DNA of 64,000 bases from Blepharisma stoltei ATCC 30299 (lineage: Eukaryota; Protista; Ciliophora): contig CBFDEM010000027.1 of NCBI GenBank assembly GCA_965603825.1, positions 620,001 to 684,000 on the forward strand, read 5' to 3'. The notes beneath the pieces are model-generated. The model saw only the letters and a list, made by a program, of their open reading frames with translations, did no database searches and was not told the origin of the DNA. Positions 47,440 to 61,353 of the stretch are shown here, piece by piece. Each line of letters begins with the position of its first letter. Position 1 is the stretch's first letter. A program made the translations under genes and the position numbers.

Positions 47440-47696
47440 AGTTTTATTATGAAATGCAAACTTCTATGAAATTAATAGAGAATTATACTTCCTTTTTATT
47501 TTATTTCCTATTCTTTTAATCAAATCAATTTTCTTTTATTATCATTCAAATTAATGATTTAGGCTATTGTTTAAAATCTTATCAATTCAATATTTTCTCG
47601 GAAATCAATTCAATACTTTTAATTCAAAAATATTAAATAATAAGATATATCAAATCCACAAACTGTCTTAAATGAAGAAAAATAAGGTAAATAAAT

Positions 47697-48380
47697 ATGT
47701 TTTCTTTACCTTTTATAAGAGGGAGAATCGTAAATCCAATCCCTAAGAAAGGAACAAAAGAATATAAAGATCTGCAAGACCGGCTTCATCAAAGAAAAGA
47801 AGCAGAGTTAAACAAATCTACTGCAGTTGCTGCTCCCAATGACACTAAAATACCGAAATTTCTAAGATGGATGCTTTGATTCAGTGGAGTTCCAGGCGTG
47901 GCTGGAGCTTTTGGGATTATTAAATCAGACTATAACACAAGCGAATACAAGAAATACATGGAGTTTTCAGGAATGTGAATAGGTTTATTCAGCACATTTA
48001 TGGGTTCATGCATATGTGGGGTTGAAGCAATGCAATATAATTTAAAAGCTTATGAAGTGGCAAGAAATAAATATTTTATAGGATTTTATAGAATACTTGC
48101 AGGCTTTGCTTATATACCATTAGGACTATATTTTATACATAGTGTCCAGCAAGAGAATTGAAAAGGATTGACATTTTATCTTCTCGCTCATGAAGCACTA
48201 AACTTATACCAAGGTGCAGGTGCAACCCGAAGATTGATGCCTATGTGGGTTAGCAATATTCAATGGCCATGGTCTATTTACTCGGGAACTGTAGTGCTAT
48301 TTATGATTTACTCAATTTTGAATAAAAATAACTACAATGAAAGAATGAAGATAGCTAATCAATTTTCTAAGAAAGAATAA
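47697..48380 (+). CDS. Membrane protein, possibly TMEM69/DUF3429-like
   Basis: One 227-aa frame through three TGA; about five hydrophobic segments; LMPMW near the C-terminus. Confidence 0.55.
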
Positions 48381-48440
48381 AGACCTTATTTTAATCACTA
48401 TCCTTAGTATCAGCAATTAATTTTTAAAATAATCTTAAAT

Positions 48441-50720
48441 CTAATAAAAAATATTTTGGCAGCAATACTGGAATCTATCATAGCACCTTGTAGTCCAATT
48501 ATCCAAACTCTCGTCAATTAGCATATTTACATAACCTTTACAGTCACTTTCTGACATTTTTTCTCTCGGCATCAGCCGAGCTCTCAATTCTTTTATAGCT
48601 TCTTCACCCCTACAAAAGCATGGTAAGCTTGCCCCAGACCCAGTCCTCATCATTTCTACTAATAAAATAATCTGTTCTGCCTTAGCTCTTAATGCAATAA
48701 ATCCTTTCACACACAATGACCTAAATTCAATAAAAATTTTTGACCTTCTCCCTCCTAGAATTCTTTCAAATTCATCTGTAAGTTTAAATGGAGCTTTTTC
48801 GAAGTTTAAGTTTCCACCAGGACTGTTGCTGAACAAAAATCCAAAATCTATATGGATTAGGTGCCCATGTCTGTCAATTAAAATATTGCCATTATGTCTG
48901 TCTTTTATTTGTAAAATATAACAAAGGAGACTGTAGCCTGCGAGGCTCCGCATAAAATTTTTTTTGGCCCGTTTGTACCTTTTAGAGTTTTCGTCGCCGA
49001 ATTGGATTCTGAAGAAGTCATAAAGGGTGTTACGGTCTGCAGGCAAAGATTTTTTTAAGCCATCTATAGAAACAGCGTCTTGCACACATTCAATTATTCC
49101 ACAGTCTAAGCCTGTCGCTAAAATTTCGTACGCATATAAATAAATATCTAGCTTTTTTTCTTTAAAAGTCTGCCAAAAAAATGATATCAGCTGCATTGCA
49201 AGCTGCTCCTGCCTCAGATCGTCCCCACTCTTGACAATGACCCTTACCAAATCCCACGTTTTAAGCTTCCCAAAAGGGCTTTTTGCCTTTATCCTATTGG
49301 CTTGTTCTTTAAAGGACTCTTTTAAAGCACTTGGATGCTGCTCTACATTTTCATTAGTTTCCATTTCTTCTTCCTCATCTTCAATATTTCCATAAATTAC
49401 CCCAATTGTAGTAGCCCTAGGGTCTATATTTGAAAATACTCCATCATAATGTAATGCTGGGCTCAGACCTGCAAAGCTGTTTTGGAGCTTAAAAGCGCCT
49501 TCATCACTGTTTCTCTGTACAAAAGACTTCATTAGTTCATTGATACCTTCTGGCTCTACTGTAGTAGGATCATTAAAGTCTTCACTGTGCCGGTTTTCTA
49601 GCTTAAAAGGCAGGGTGTTAGCTCTTATTATTCTTCGTCTTAGATCTGGCTCGTTGTGTAGGTCCATGTCTTGAAGCTCTTCATATGGTCTGAAAACTTC
49701 AATACAGATAAGGAAAGGAGCCCTTTCTTTCGTGGTAAAAACTTTAGCTTCTGAGATAGGGATATGTAAGATTGAAGAGTTCCTGCAATTTAGGTTGCTG
49801 AAAGGGATATAAACTGCGGCAGGGAGAAGTAAATTTAGGGATTTTAGCTCTTCTTTTAGCAGCTCACCTTTTTTAGGGAATTTTAAAAGTTTTAAAGAAA
49901 TTTGTGTTAGTCTGTCATAGAACCAGAGGGTAGAATGGTATCCATCTATTATATCATTATTTGGGAAAGGATTCAAAGGGATATATTTTGGATTTACATC
50001 AATAGGAACTTCTGCATTTTTTCCAATTTCATTATACATTTTAATGACCTCCCTAACCTGGATTTGTTTATCATTTTCTTCATTTACTATCTCTGCAAAA
50101 CTCTGTGTATTTGTTTTCTCAGCATCTAGTCCTTGTTCTGCTAACAAATTTAACAATTTTTTTCCTTCACCCAAAAACACTGACTGAGAATCTGATGAAA
50201 TTGTCTCAATACTTTTGATTAGATAAAATGGGTCGACATTCGGTGGTTCCAAAACTGAAAAATCAGTGGAATTTAAAAATCAATAAACCTTGTGGGAGAA
50301 CTGAAAACTCAGCTTGCATAGGACCAGGACGGTTTTTACAAGCTCTTCTAAATTTTCATGAAAATCGTATAGCAGAAGGTTGCTGACTAGTTTTTACCAT
50401 AGTTGAGGAGCATAAAATTCTAAATCATCACGCTTGAATTTTGTGAATGACGGACTTATTTTGCATTTTTCCAGCTCACTTATCACGTTTTTTTGCTCAT
50501 AAAGATCAAGCAAAATGTTATAAGTTCGGTCAGTGTCTTTTTTCTTTGATATTCTATCACGGATTATTTTTCAAAATTGTTTGCGTTCTCGCTTTGTGTT
50601 TTCCTGCATAAAATTTACTTCATTCTTGGTACAGCAGAGAAATATATGACTAGAGAAAGTATTTCAAAAGGTTTTTCTTCGGTAATTTCTACGAGGAGGA
50701 ACTAGGCAATATTTATCCAT
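48441..50720 (-). CDS. Phosphatidylinositol 4-kinase (PI4K-beta/Pik1 type)
   Basis: EFYAPQLCNL, KERAP, IVKSGDDLRQE, QIKDRHNGNI, HIDFGF, FEKAPFKLT; intron 50383-50397. Confidence 0.93.
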
Positions 50721-50766
50721 ATTTTGATTTTAATTGAGATTTATTGAAAAATATACATTCTAATTA

Positions 50767-51495
50767 TTATTCTTCGGATTTTTCTCCTAATTTCGATACA
50801 TCTTCAAGCAGCTCAATCGATACTATTTTTGCAAGTTTTTCGTGTTTTTTGGTATTTTTCAAAAATCCATCTGTGATTCAGAACATTAAGGAATTGAGGA
50901 TTACCGGTATTATTATCATAACCATAATCAGCTCAAGGTTCGGGTACTTTACAAAAGGGCTGAGGATAAAATCGCCTACACCTTCTAAAAATTCATGCAA
51001 AATTATCATTATAGCGACAAGTAGTATTTTCATAGACACAGCAATAATTAGTCATAATAAAAGCTGATACGCCCACCATCCCCAGCGAGGAGGAGAGCCA
51101 TAGTCTCCAGATTTAAAGGAAAGTAGAGAAGAAAACGATAAAATGTACTCTAGGGCGTATAAAAATAAATAGCAAATTCCCATCCCAATTAAAGTGTCTG
51201 TTGTAAAGTTTAAAAAATACCAGGTGCATTGATTTGACTCTTCTTCAGCATTCCCAATAATATAAGCTGCCGTTAGATTAAGACTGTGTAGGAGACAGGT
51301 GCTTGAAGCTTGTTTGGACGTGTCCATAAACCAAATCTTTCAGGATCGCCGATTTTTTTCAACGTATCTCTTGACTATATGAAAATTACTTATTAACGAA
51401 CTAAATGACATCATCCCTAATATAGCTTGGATGAGCCATCCAAACTCTCCAAAGAGATGGCATTCTCCAGATTGCTCAAGTAAAAATGATGCCAT
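50767..51495 (-). CDS. STIMATE/TMEM110 family membrane protein
   Basis: CHLFG..IQ, KR..E..RRSW(TGA)KIWFMDTSKQ, CTWYFLN, SGDYGSPP, FW(TGA)ITDGFLK; probable intron 51375-51389. Confidence 0.88.
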
Positions 51496-51520
51496 TTACA
51501 ATAATCGCAACAATTTTATT

Positions 51521-52384
51521 TTATAAATCCATTACTCTTAGCCTACTTGGAGAATTTCTTGAAATTTTAATATTTCTCAGCCGGTCTTCATTTTTTTGAA
51601 TTTCTGCCTCAAGGTAATTTGCATATGAGCTGTCCCTGAAATCATAAAGTTTTTGCCTTAGCTCGTCCTGCTCTTTTTCAATATTAGTAATTAAATCGCT
51701 AATATCATTACTAGAGCTGTCTCTCTTTGTATGTCTCGTTGACAAAGGTGCATCTAAATTTGCAAAGGATTTCGGTCTTTTAATTTTCAGCTTCTTTTTC
51801 GCAATTTTTTTAATTATAGTGTTGCTTAAGCCTTTATTATCCGGCTTTTCTTCATACTGTTTGAGTGCTTCTTTAAGTTTCTATATATTTTTTACCATAA
51901 TTGTCTTATCTTTATCTGCAATTACCTTATAAAGCTCCTCTTCTCTAATTTCAAGCTTGTTTTTTCATGTTTGTTCCCTAAATTTATTTTTGTTATAAAC
52001 TTCGTCCAAATTTTTCTGCGATTTTTCATAATCCAGCTGAATCTGCTGGATAATTTTTTTCAATTGTTTTTTGTCCTCGTCGTATTTTTTGATTAATTTT
52101 CTTTTTTCTTTTTGCCATTTGCTGGAAGATGATGCATGTTCTTCTATGTGGAGTTCTTTTTCATTTTTGACGATTTGTAGCTGAATAGTTAACATTTCGT
52201 TGTCTTGTTTTAACTGCTGAACTTCAGCTGTGAGGTTTTTTACATCATTTTCTAAAGATTCAAGAGCTTGGATCAATTCGTTTTCTCGTTTTTCTTTGTC
52301 ACCCATGAGTTTTACGTATTTTTCGCATCATTCTTGGCTGTTTGTAGTGTAGATGTCATGCAGGCTTTGATCACTGGAGTCCAT
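51521..52384 (-). CDS. Coiled-coil protein
   Basis: Heptad-rich frame through TGAs; intron 51881-51895. Confidence 0.7.
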
Positions 52385-52794
52385 TTTGTGAGCAAAAAGT
52401 TATTAATAAATATCAATAATTTTTATTCCAGTAATTCAGATTGTTCTGAATAGCTCTAAATTAATAGAGCCTTAGATTATTTGTATGAAGTATACGTTAT
52501 ATAGCATAAATAATTTATCCTATTATAAGAAATAGCCTTATATGCTGTATCACAAGCACTTTATGATAATAAAATGAATATAAATATTTAATTCAGTTTC
52601 CATCCTTCCTCAAAAAATGATAATTTATCATTTTATTATTCTTCATATTTTCACTCTCAATAAATTTAAATCTTATATCATCAAGAATAATTTATTTTGA
52701 TTAAAAATACGTTTTTTACCTTCAATTATTAACTATAATTTTCTCTACAACATCCTTGCTATTTTGAAAAATATATAAAGCAGTTATAATAAAT

Positions 52795-53283
52795 ATGTAC
52801 GCAACTACTAATGGAGACTATGGAAAGTCATGGGTATCAACTCAAGGCCAAGACCCCAGAAAAACCACCACTCAGATAAAGAACTATCGAGAGATCGCCG
52901 AGACTGATCTAATGCAAAAAACTGGGCTAAAACTCTTAAAGGCGAAAATTATGAAAGAAAAAGAAATTGAAGACATTGAAGCAGGCGAGCCTGACCAGCA
53001 TGTATACGATCCATGCATCCCTCAGCCCAGAATCACCTCTCTAAATGTAAAAGCTGAAGAAATGACATATCCAGAGATAGGCATAAATGTTGGGCAAAAT
53101 CCAAAATACATGACAAGGAATAGTGAATATGGAAGACTTCACCCAAATCAGCATGATTTACCAGCGAAATATTTCCCAATGAACAATAAGTTCACTACAA
53201 GCTTTGTGGCAGAAAGAGTTCCAGATACTGGGCTGAATACGTTTAAGAATCCTAGTAGAGTCCATTATTTGTTTGATTCTTAA
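52795..53283 (+). CDS. Pierce1/DUF4490-like ciliary microtubule inner protein
   Basis: YMTRNSEYG..P..HDLPAKYFPMNNKFT..DTGLNT resembles the DUF4490 pattern. Confidence 0.65.
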   Translation: MYATTNGDYGKSWVSTQGQDPRKTTTQIKNYREIAETDLMQKTGLKLLKAKIMKEKEIEDIEAGEPDQHVYDPCIPQPRITSLNVKAEEMTYPEIGINVGQNPKYMTRNSEYGRLHPNQHDLPAKYFPMNNKFTTSFVAERVPDTGLNTFKNPSRVHYLFDS

Positions 53284-53431
53284 TTATTAAGAAATTTATA
53301 AAGATAATTGGCTTTATGATAAATTTATTAGGAAAGGAGCTTATGCTATTGGATATAGCAAGACAAAATGGCAATAAAATTATTGTAAAAATAGATTGAA
53401 GAATTGGAGTTAGACCCCCTTATAAAAATAA

Positions 53432-53746
53432 ATGAGTGAAAAGGAAAAGGAGATTTTTGAAAGCGGGGAAACTGAAAAGAAGCCTTATGGTACAATAATT
53501 GATGACTTCAGATTGAGAACTTTCAATAGACCGAAAGATGATATTGAATATTCTATTGGAAAAATGATTAATTTTATGTACACAATTTTGACAAGGTATA
53601 GGAGAAAATGTTCGAAAAGATCGTTCAGATCAACACTTCTACACAAAAAGGTAAACGAGCTCAAGAAAAAGACGCTTTCAATTAGAGATAGAAGATGCTC
53701 TTTTAGAGCAAAAATAAAGATTTTAATTGAAGAAACTAAAGTCTAA
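53432..53746 (+). CDS. Small basic hypothetical protein
   Basis: 104-aa ORF with aaataaATG context; no motif. Confidence 0.4.
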   Translation: MSEKEKEIFESGETEKKPYGTIIDDFRLRTFNRPKDDIEYSIGKMINFMYTILTRYRRKCSKRSFRSTLLHKKVNELKKKTLSIRDRRCSFRAKIKILIEETKV

Positions 53747-53759
53747 TTAATTAATAATT

Positions 53760-55481
<1,722 letters not shown>

Positions 55482-55502
55482 AATTCGAATTTGTGGATTA
55501 GA

Positions 55503-56003
55503 TTATCTAGGATAATTCATCTTATCTTTTTTCTTAGACTTTTTGGTATTTCGAGCATTGATTTCAGCCCGAACGCTTTCAAACACTTCTTTTTTCGAAG
55601 ATTTAGCTTTGCCTTTCTGCTGATTTTGCTTGTTATCTTCTTCATGTGCCTGCTGCTCAGCTGTTTTATCTTGTGGCTGTAAGCCAAATTCTTGCAGAAT
55701 CGAGTCAAGCTCATCAAGCTCTTTTTTTTGCACTTCTTTCTTAGAGGCTGTTGTCCCATCTGGTCTTAGATTTTTAGCTTCAACTTTTTGTTCAGCCACA
55801 ATCTTAGTTGTGAGATTTGGATCCACTTTTTCTTCTTCTTCCTTAGGTTTTGACTTTGATTTCTTTTTCTTTTTGGGTTTGGGCGCTTTGGCGTCTTCTA
55901 ATGTGGGAAGAGAAGTGATGATGTGCTCATCTTGAGGTTTTACTTCTTCTTCTTCCTCTTCAGAGTCAGACATTACCCATCTATTTTTAGGCTGAGGTTC
56001 CAT
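55503..56003 (-). CDS. Low-complexity Lys/Glu-rich hypothetical protein
   Basis: Clean ORF; KKELDELDSILQEFG. Confidence 0.65.
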   Translation of the reverse strand: MEPQPKNRWVMSDSEEEEEEVKPQDEHIITSLPTLEDAKAPKPKKKKKSKSKPKEEEEKVDPNLTTKIVAEQKVEAKNLRPDGTTASKKEVQKKELDELDSILQEFGLQPQDKTAEQQAHEEDNKQNQQKGKAKSSKKEVFESVRAEINARNTKKSKKKDKMNYPR

Positions 56004-56199
56004 CTTAGCTTTATTATTGAATAAGATCATAAGGAAGGAATTTTCAGATAAAGTTTACAAAATATGTAATTCTATCAGATTCTATCAATAATTACTTATA
56101 GAAAAAAAAATCATTTAAATAATAATTTTAGTTTGTTTTGTTCAATTAATTATTTAATAATTTGGTCAATTATATATATAAAATCCTAATAATTTATTT

Positions 56200-57609
56200 T
56201 TAAAGGTCATGCTTCATTTGCTTTTGAGTTGGGGTGTTATTTTTGATAAACTCAATAATACTTTCTGCATCTCTCGAACCATTATATTCTATTCCTTCTT
56301 TATTTTCTGTTGTAAAGTATTTTATTGTTGGGAATTTAGTAATTTCATGTCCAGGGATTTCATTTTTCGTTGCATCCAGCATGGCCACTGCAATTGATTC
56401 AGTCCCTGAGAACCTTTCAGCAACTTTTTTAAATTCTGGGGTAAGTGTCCTGCAATGTCCACACCAGGGTGCATGAAATTGTACCAAAACGTTCAAAGAG
56501 CTATTATAAACAATATCTTCAAAGGTGCTGGCGACTAAAATTTTGATGTTATCGTCATAGTCTTTTTCAGGGACTGGCTCACTTTTATAGTAAATTGGGA
56601 GGATTCCTTTTTTATAGTCCTGCAAGAACTGTAGCAAAGTTTCTTCAGTGATTTCTCCACTCAGCATGTATTTTTTGGTTTCTGAATGCCATATAAACGC
56701 CATAGGCATCGAATCTGGGGAAACTCCAATAGAATTTCCCAGTCTTATATTTATTGAGTCCCATAAGTCAGCATATGTCATAAAAATTTCTCCTTTTACA
56801 TGTTTAGAAATATGCTGAAGAAGTTCGTCATATTGTGAGTCCTCTTCTTTTCTGAATAAAAATAAGCAAGGATTCTCTTTTCCAAACACATATTCAATAG
56901 CTTTCCCTTCGAATCTCATTACCCAAGGTAACTGATGCTTTTCTATGAATTCAGTTAAATCACTTTCATTGAATTCTCCTTTGTATTCTGCTTTGCCATC
57001 ATCATAATGTTTAAACACAACTAGCTGAGGGATGTTCACCCCATATTCCTTTGCAGCTTCTGGGTCTGTTGAGATTGCATAATAGCTCCCTTCAAGCGTT
57101 TTTGCAGTCTCTTCAAATATTTTTTCTTCAGCTGAGCCATGTGTAGTAAAAAGTACAAAAGCTAGCTTGTTGTCTTCTAAGAAGGCTTTGACTGTATCTA
57201 AAGACTGCAGGTGCCATGCAGGAGGGTTTATTTTTTTGAAAATCCAATTGATCATGCCATTTTCCGATCGAGGTCCGGTATAATCAATTGGCTCTTTATT
57301 GATGAAGAGCTTAAATGTTGGATAAGCGCTTATATCGTAGTTTTCTGCAGCTTCTAAATGAACTGTAGCATCTATCTTGGAAATTATGACCTGAGGGGTA
57401 TTTTCACTAAATAAAGTGGAAACTTTAGAATAAAGCGGATCAAAATATCGGCAATGAGCACACCATGGGGAATAAAACTCGACAAAGACATAGGGATTTG
57501 TGGATAAAACTTCTTCAAAAGTATCATCAGTGAGTTTCAATATGTTTTTAGGCTCGTCGTGGCAAAAGGCGAGTCCTAGGAGAAGAAGTAAAGACACGTG
57601 TTTTAACAT
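56200..57609 (-). CDS. PDI: Protein disulfide-isomerase
   Basis: Signal peptide, WCAHC and WCGHC, a-b-b'-a' layout, C-terminal KHDL ER-retention-like signal. Confidence 0.95.
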   Translation of the reverse strand: MLKHVSLLLLLGLAFCHDEPKNILKLTDDTFEEVLSTNPYVFVEFYSPWCAHCRYFDPLYSKVSTLFSENTPQVIISKIDATVHLEAAENYDISAYPTFKLFINKEPIDYTGPRSENGMINWIFKKINPPAWHLQSLDTVKAFLEDNKLAFVLFTTHGSAEEKIFEETAKTLEGSYYAISTDPEAAKEYGVNIPQLVVFKHYDDGKAEYKGEFNESDLTEFIEKHQLPWVMRFEGKAIEYVFGKENPCLFLFRKEEDSQYDELLQHISKHVKGEIFMTYADLWDSINIRLGNSIGVSPDSMPMAFIWHSETKKYMLSGEITEETLLQFLQDYKKGILPIYYKSEPVPEKDYDDNIKILVASTFEDIVYNSSLNVLVQFHAPWCGHCRTLTPEFKKVAERFSGTESIAVAMLDATKNEIPGHEITKFPTIKYFTTENKEGIEYNGSRDAESIIEFIKNNTPTQKQMKHDL

Positions 57610-58297
57610 ATAAAGTAATATATATGAATTTAAGCAAAAAAAATGTCAAATCAAAGACCTAGCCTCATTCATTTAAATAAATATTTGGAAATTGCTTTCT
57701 CTATTGTTAAATTCCAATGATTTTAACTAATAAATTATGACGATATCTTATATGACGAAAGAAAATAATTGCATCTATGAGTTAAGCCTATCTTGTTTAA
57801 TTTCACAAATCAACTTATATGGCTTGTCCTTGTTCGGTTAAAGAACTGTTATCTTTGGATAATCAGGGAAAAACCGCTATGCCTTCCATTTCCTTGGGAC
57901 CATGAGTCCAGCTGTATATCGTTAGCATTTGCAATATTATACTTAAAACTCTAATAAAATTGCAAAAATGATAAATTTCGTATTAGCATCTTTCCAATTC
58001 CAGCATTTCCCGATATTTTTAAATCTTTTCTTTCTGAGCCTATCTCTAAAGCAAATCCCTATTATATTTATAAATGCTTCGCCTACTGTATAAATCAAAT
58101 ATAATCGTATATGAAAAAATTTTTGGGTGCCTTGATTCCCATAATTGAAAAAAATTGTTCCAAAAATCCTTCAGGTGTATAAGTTTTTAACAGCGGGGCT
58201 CTCCAGCATTTTTAGTCAAGGGAATATCAAAAATCTTCCAATATTTATCGCCTATCTCTTTAGTTTATTTATCACTATTTACTATTTTTAAATAAAA

Positions 58298-59827
58298 ATG
58301 GATTGGATGAGCACTTTTTGTGTAGTCACTTTTGACGAAGATTTAGGGCAGAAGCTAGAAAAACAATTTCCAGAAATATTAAATGAGGAGCAGCAACAGC
58401 AAATAGCATTTTTAGCGTTTCCAGACTCAAATTCAGTTAATTCTTTATGAAATTTATCTTATGTTTTTAGTTTGAAGATTAATGATGAAGAGTATTTTGG
58501 GTTTGTTCACTTTAATCAGAAAAGAGATCCTAATAAAAATCGGGGTTTTTCTCAAAAATCAGTGGTATTATTGACAAGACACCCATTTATTTCACTTTTT
58601 AAACAAATTGTTGATATGGTAGGACCGTGATATTTTCAGCATGGAGAAGAAGTTTTTGATATGGCTTGGTTTGCAATAAGGAGCTGAAGCCCAATTAATC
58701 CTGGGTTTACAATAGAGCTACCTATACTAGGGACCGTTATTTCTTATACAGTTCCTTCAACTGAAATAGCATTTGCGCCTCAGTCATGTGGAGAAGGACT
58801 AAGCGAAATTTTAGACAGCATAAATCAGGGCTTTCCAGGCCAATTTCAAGATATAAATATTTATGAAACATTTGGAATTTCTGTAATTAAAAAGCATTTA
58901 TGAAATCTCTGAGAAATTTTAATTACCGGTGAAGCACTTATGCTATTAACTGAAACTCCAGAAGCCTGCAGTTTCGCTGTTTTAGGCTTAATTTCACTGA
59001 TTTCTCCATTAATATACCAAGGAGACTACTATCCTTATTTTACAATATTTGATCATGATTTCCGTAAGCGGCAAACTCAATGCGAAAACGGCGAACTCAG
59101 CTCAATTTTACTCGGCATTACAAACCCGTTTTTCTTAAAAGCTCTTAAAAACTGCTCAAATATTTTCCAATTTGAGGGCGACAAAGGACATATAAGATGC
59201 ACACATAAAACAACAAAGCATGGCTCAGCAATCCACCCAGTAAAATCTGTCTTAAATCAGCTTATGAAAAATGATTCCCGAGAAGCTATATCAATTAATA
59301 ACTCAGTTCTAAAAAAACATTTTCACGAGCTGACTTTATCATTTCTTCAGCCATTTCAGCAATATTTTCAAATAGATGTAGAAAAAATCAGAGAAACCCC
59401 GTATTCTTTAAATACATTTTATAAACCTTTTACTGAACAAGAATTTATTCGCGATTTAAATAACTCGAAAAATTTGTTTCCTATGATGAGATATGCATCA
59501 AGGCCGAGGTGTATTCAGCTTTATACAAGATTTTTGCAGTCTTCGACGTTTAGGTCGTGGATTGCACATCAGAGACAGAAATGCAATGAGGATGCGCAAG
59601 AATTAATGCAAAAAGCTATGCATAATTTTGATATAGAAAACAGCATTGTTAATATGGATACAAATGCGCGGAGGTCGTTGTATAAAAAAATCGAAGCAAG
59701 ATTGAAATATGAACAGAGCTTGGAAAATAATGAAGAAGCTATAGGGAAATTGAAAAAACAACTGTCTGTGCTATTGAGTGCGATAAGCGGAATACCACAA
59801 GAAAATTTACAAAATATATTTATTTAG
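58298..59827 (+). CDS. DENND6 / FAM116 family Rab GEF
   Basis: CVVTFDEDLGQ, LAFPDSNS, RGFSQKSVV, LW(TGA)E, PYFTI, LGITNPFF, HFHELTLSFLQP. Confidence 0.9.
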
Positions 59828-59968
59828 GAAATTTGTTAGTTATTATAATTAAATCATATTGCTATTTTAATTTGTAACATTACTTAATAAATCTAGTTAC
59901 TTATTCCAGAAATTTTACAATTAAAATTAGATTTTTTTTCAAATATTTATAAATCATCATCATATTAT

Positions 59969-61133
59969 TAGACGGCTATAGCCGCCTAGCGATCCTTATG
60001 GATCATCTTTAAGTCAATCTGTAATTTTCTCTACTTCAGCTCTTCTCCATCACCCAGAACCAATTCCTCAAGATGCTTCCTTGCTCTTTCCTTCTGTACC
60101 TAGATTTTGATGATTTACACCAAGCTGTTTGGGCTTTTTTCTCTTTTTTCGTGTTTTTTTCACCACATTTTGGTTTTTCCACCCTTGCGTATTTTTGGGG
60201 CTTTTTAGTTTTTGGTCTTTTTGGAATTTTGGGCTTTTTGGGTATTTTGGACCTTTGGGCTTTTATGGCTTTTATGGCTTTTATGGCTTTTATGGCTTTT
60301 ATGGCTTTTATGGCTTTTATGGCTTTTATGGCTTTTATGGCTTTTATGGCTTTTATGGCTTTTATGGCTTTTATGGCTTTTATGGCTTTTATGGCTTTTA
60401 TGGCTTTTATGGCTTTTATGGCTTTTATGGCTTTTATGGCTTTTATGGCTTTTATGGCTTTTATGGCTTTTATGGCTTTTATGGCTTTTATGGCTTTTAT
60501 GGCTTTTATGGCTTTTATGGCTTTTATGGCTTTTATGGCTTTTATGGCTTTTATGGCTTTTATGGCTTTTATGGCTTTTATGGCTTTTATGGCTTTTATG
60601 GCTTTTATGGCTTTTATGGCTTTTATGGCTTTTATGGCTTTTATGGCTTTTATGGCTTTTATGGCTTTTATGGCTTTTATGGCTTGTCTGACTTTTTTAG
60701 GCTTTTTTGGTATTTTTGGCTGTCTTGGCTTTTCTAACTATTTTGACTTTTGGTCTCCTTACTTTCCACCTTTACCCATTCGATGATCTCTATCGGTACC
60801 TACTTGATGGATCCTGTGGCTAGGATCAGCTCTCCACCATCCAGAATCACACCTTCCTGTCCAGCGAGCCAGAGTCTCAGACACTCCGCTTTATCTGTTT
60901 CTTCATCAACAGCTTTTTTTTCATTATCCCAGGCTTCTTCTCCCAATTCATCCTCCACCATTTTTATTTGCAAGTCAAGAAAGTCTATTTCATCCCAAAT
61001 TTCTTCATCTGAGCAAAATTCATCAGTTTCTGAATCAGTTTCGTCAAAAAGCTTTGCCACAGCCTCAGTAATTTCTTCCAAAAATTCCCCATATTTTTCT
61101 TTCACAATTAAAATCCCCTGATTTTTCTTTCAT
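59969..61133 (-). pseudogene. Decayed coding-like island (acidic segment followed by Lys/Pro tripeptide repeats)
   Basis: Acidic frame 60800-61105 has no upstream ATG; TAA/TAG interrupt every minus-strand frame. Confidence 0.4.
60258..60685. repeat. Perfect 9-bp minisatellite (GGCTTTTAT) x47 plus a partial unit
   Basis: 60258-60680 is 423 nt, i.e. 47 identical units; degenerate 9-mers flank both sides. Confidence 0.97.
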
Positions 61134-61353
61134 ATTTATTTTCACTAAACATTAAAAATCTGATAAAAAAATATAATTGCAGCTAAAATTTGGTATTTTC
61201 CATTATTTAAAAGCTCCACAAGCACAATAGGCAGCGATATAATTGATATGGAGATTAATATTTATTAAAAAATATTTTTTACAGAAAATGGAGATAAGAT
61301 GCTATATTTTAATATTTGAAATGAATCAATTACTTTTAAATTCATAATTTATG

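Noticed and set aside
57810-58260. Coding-like patch between PDI and DENND6
   Set aside because: Only short frames and no recognisable motif; cannot support a call.
60258-60685. CRISPR array or telomere
   Set aside because: No spacers; the unit does not match heterotrich CCCTAACA-type telomeric repeats, and the array is internal.
60073-60786. Plus-strand ORFs (MAF)n, (GFY)n, (LLW)n
   Set aside because: Artefacts of a stop-free 9-bp repeat; not credible proteins.
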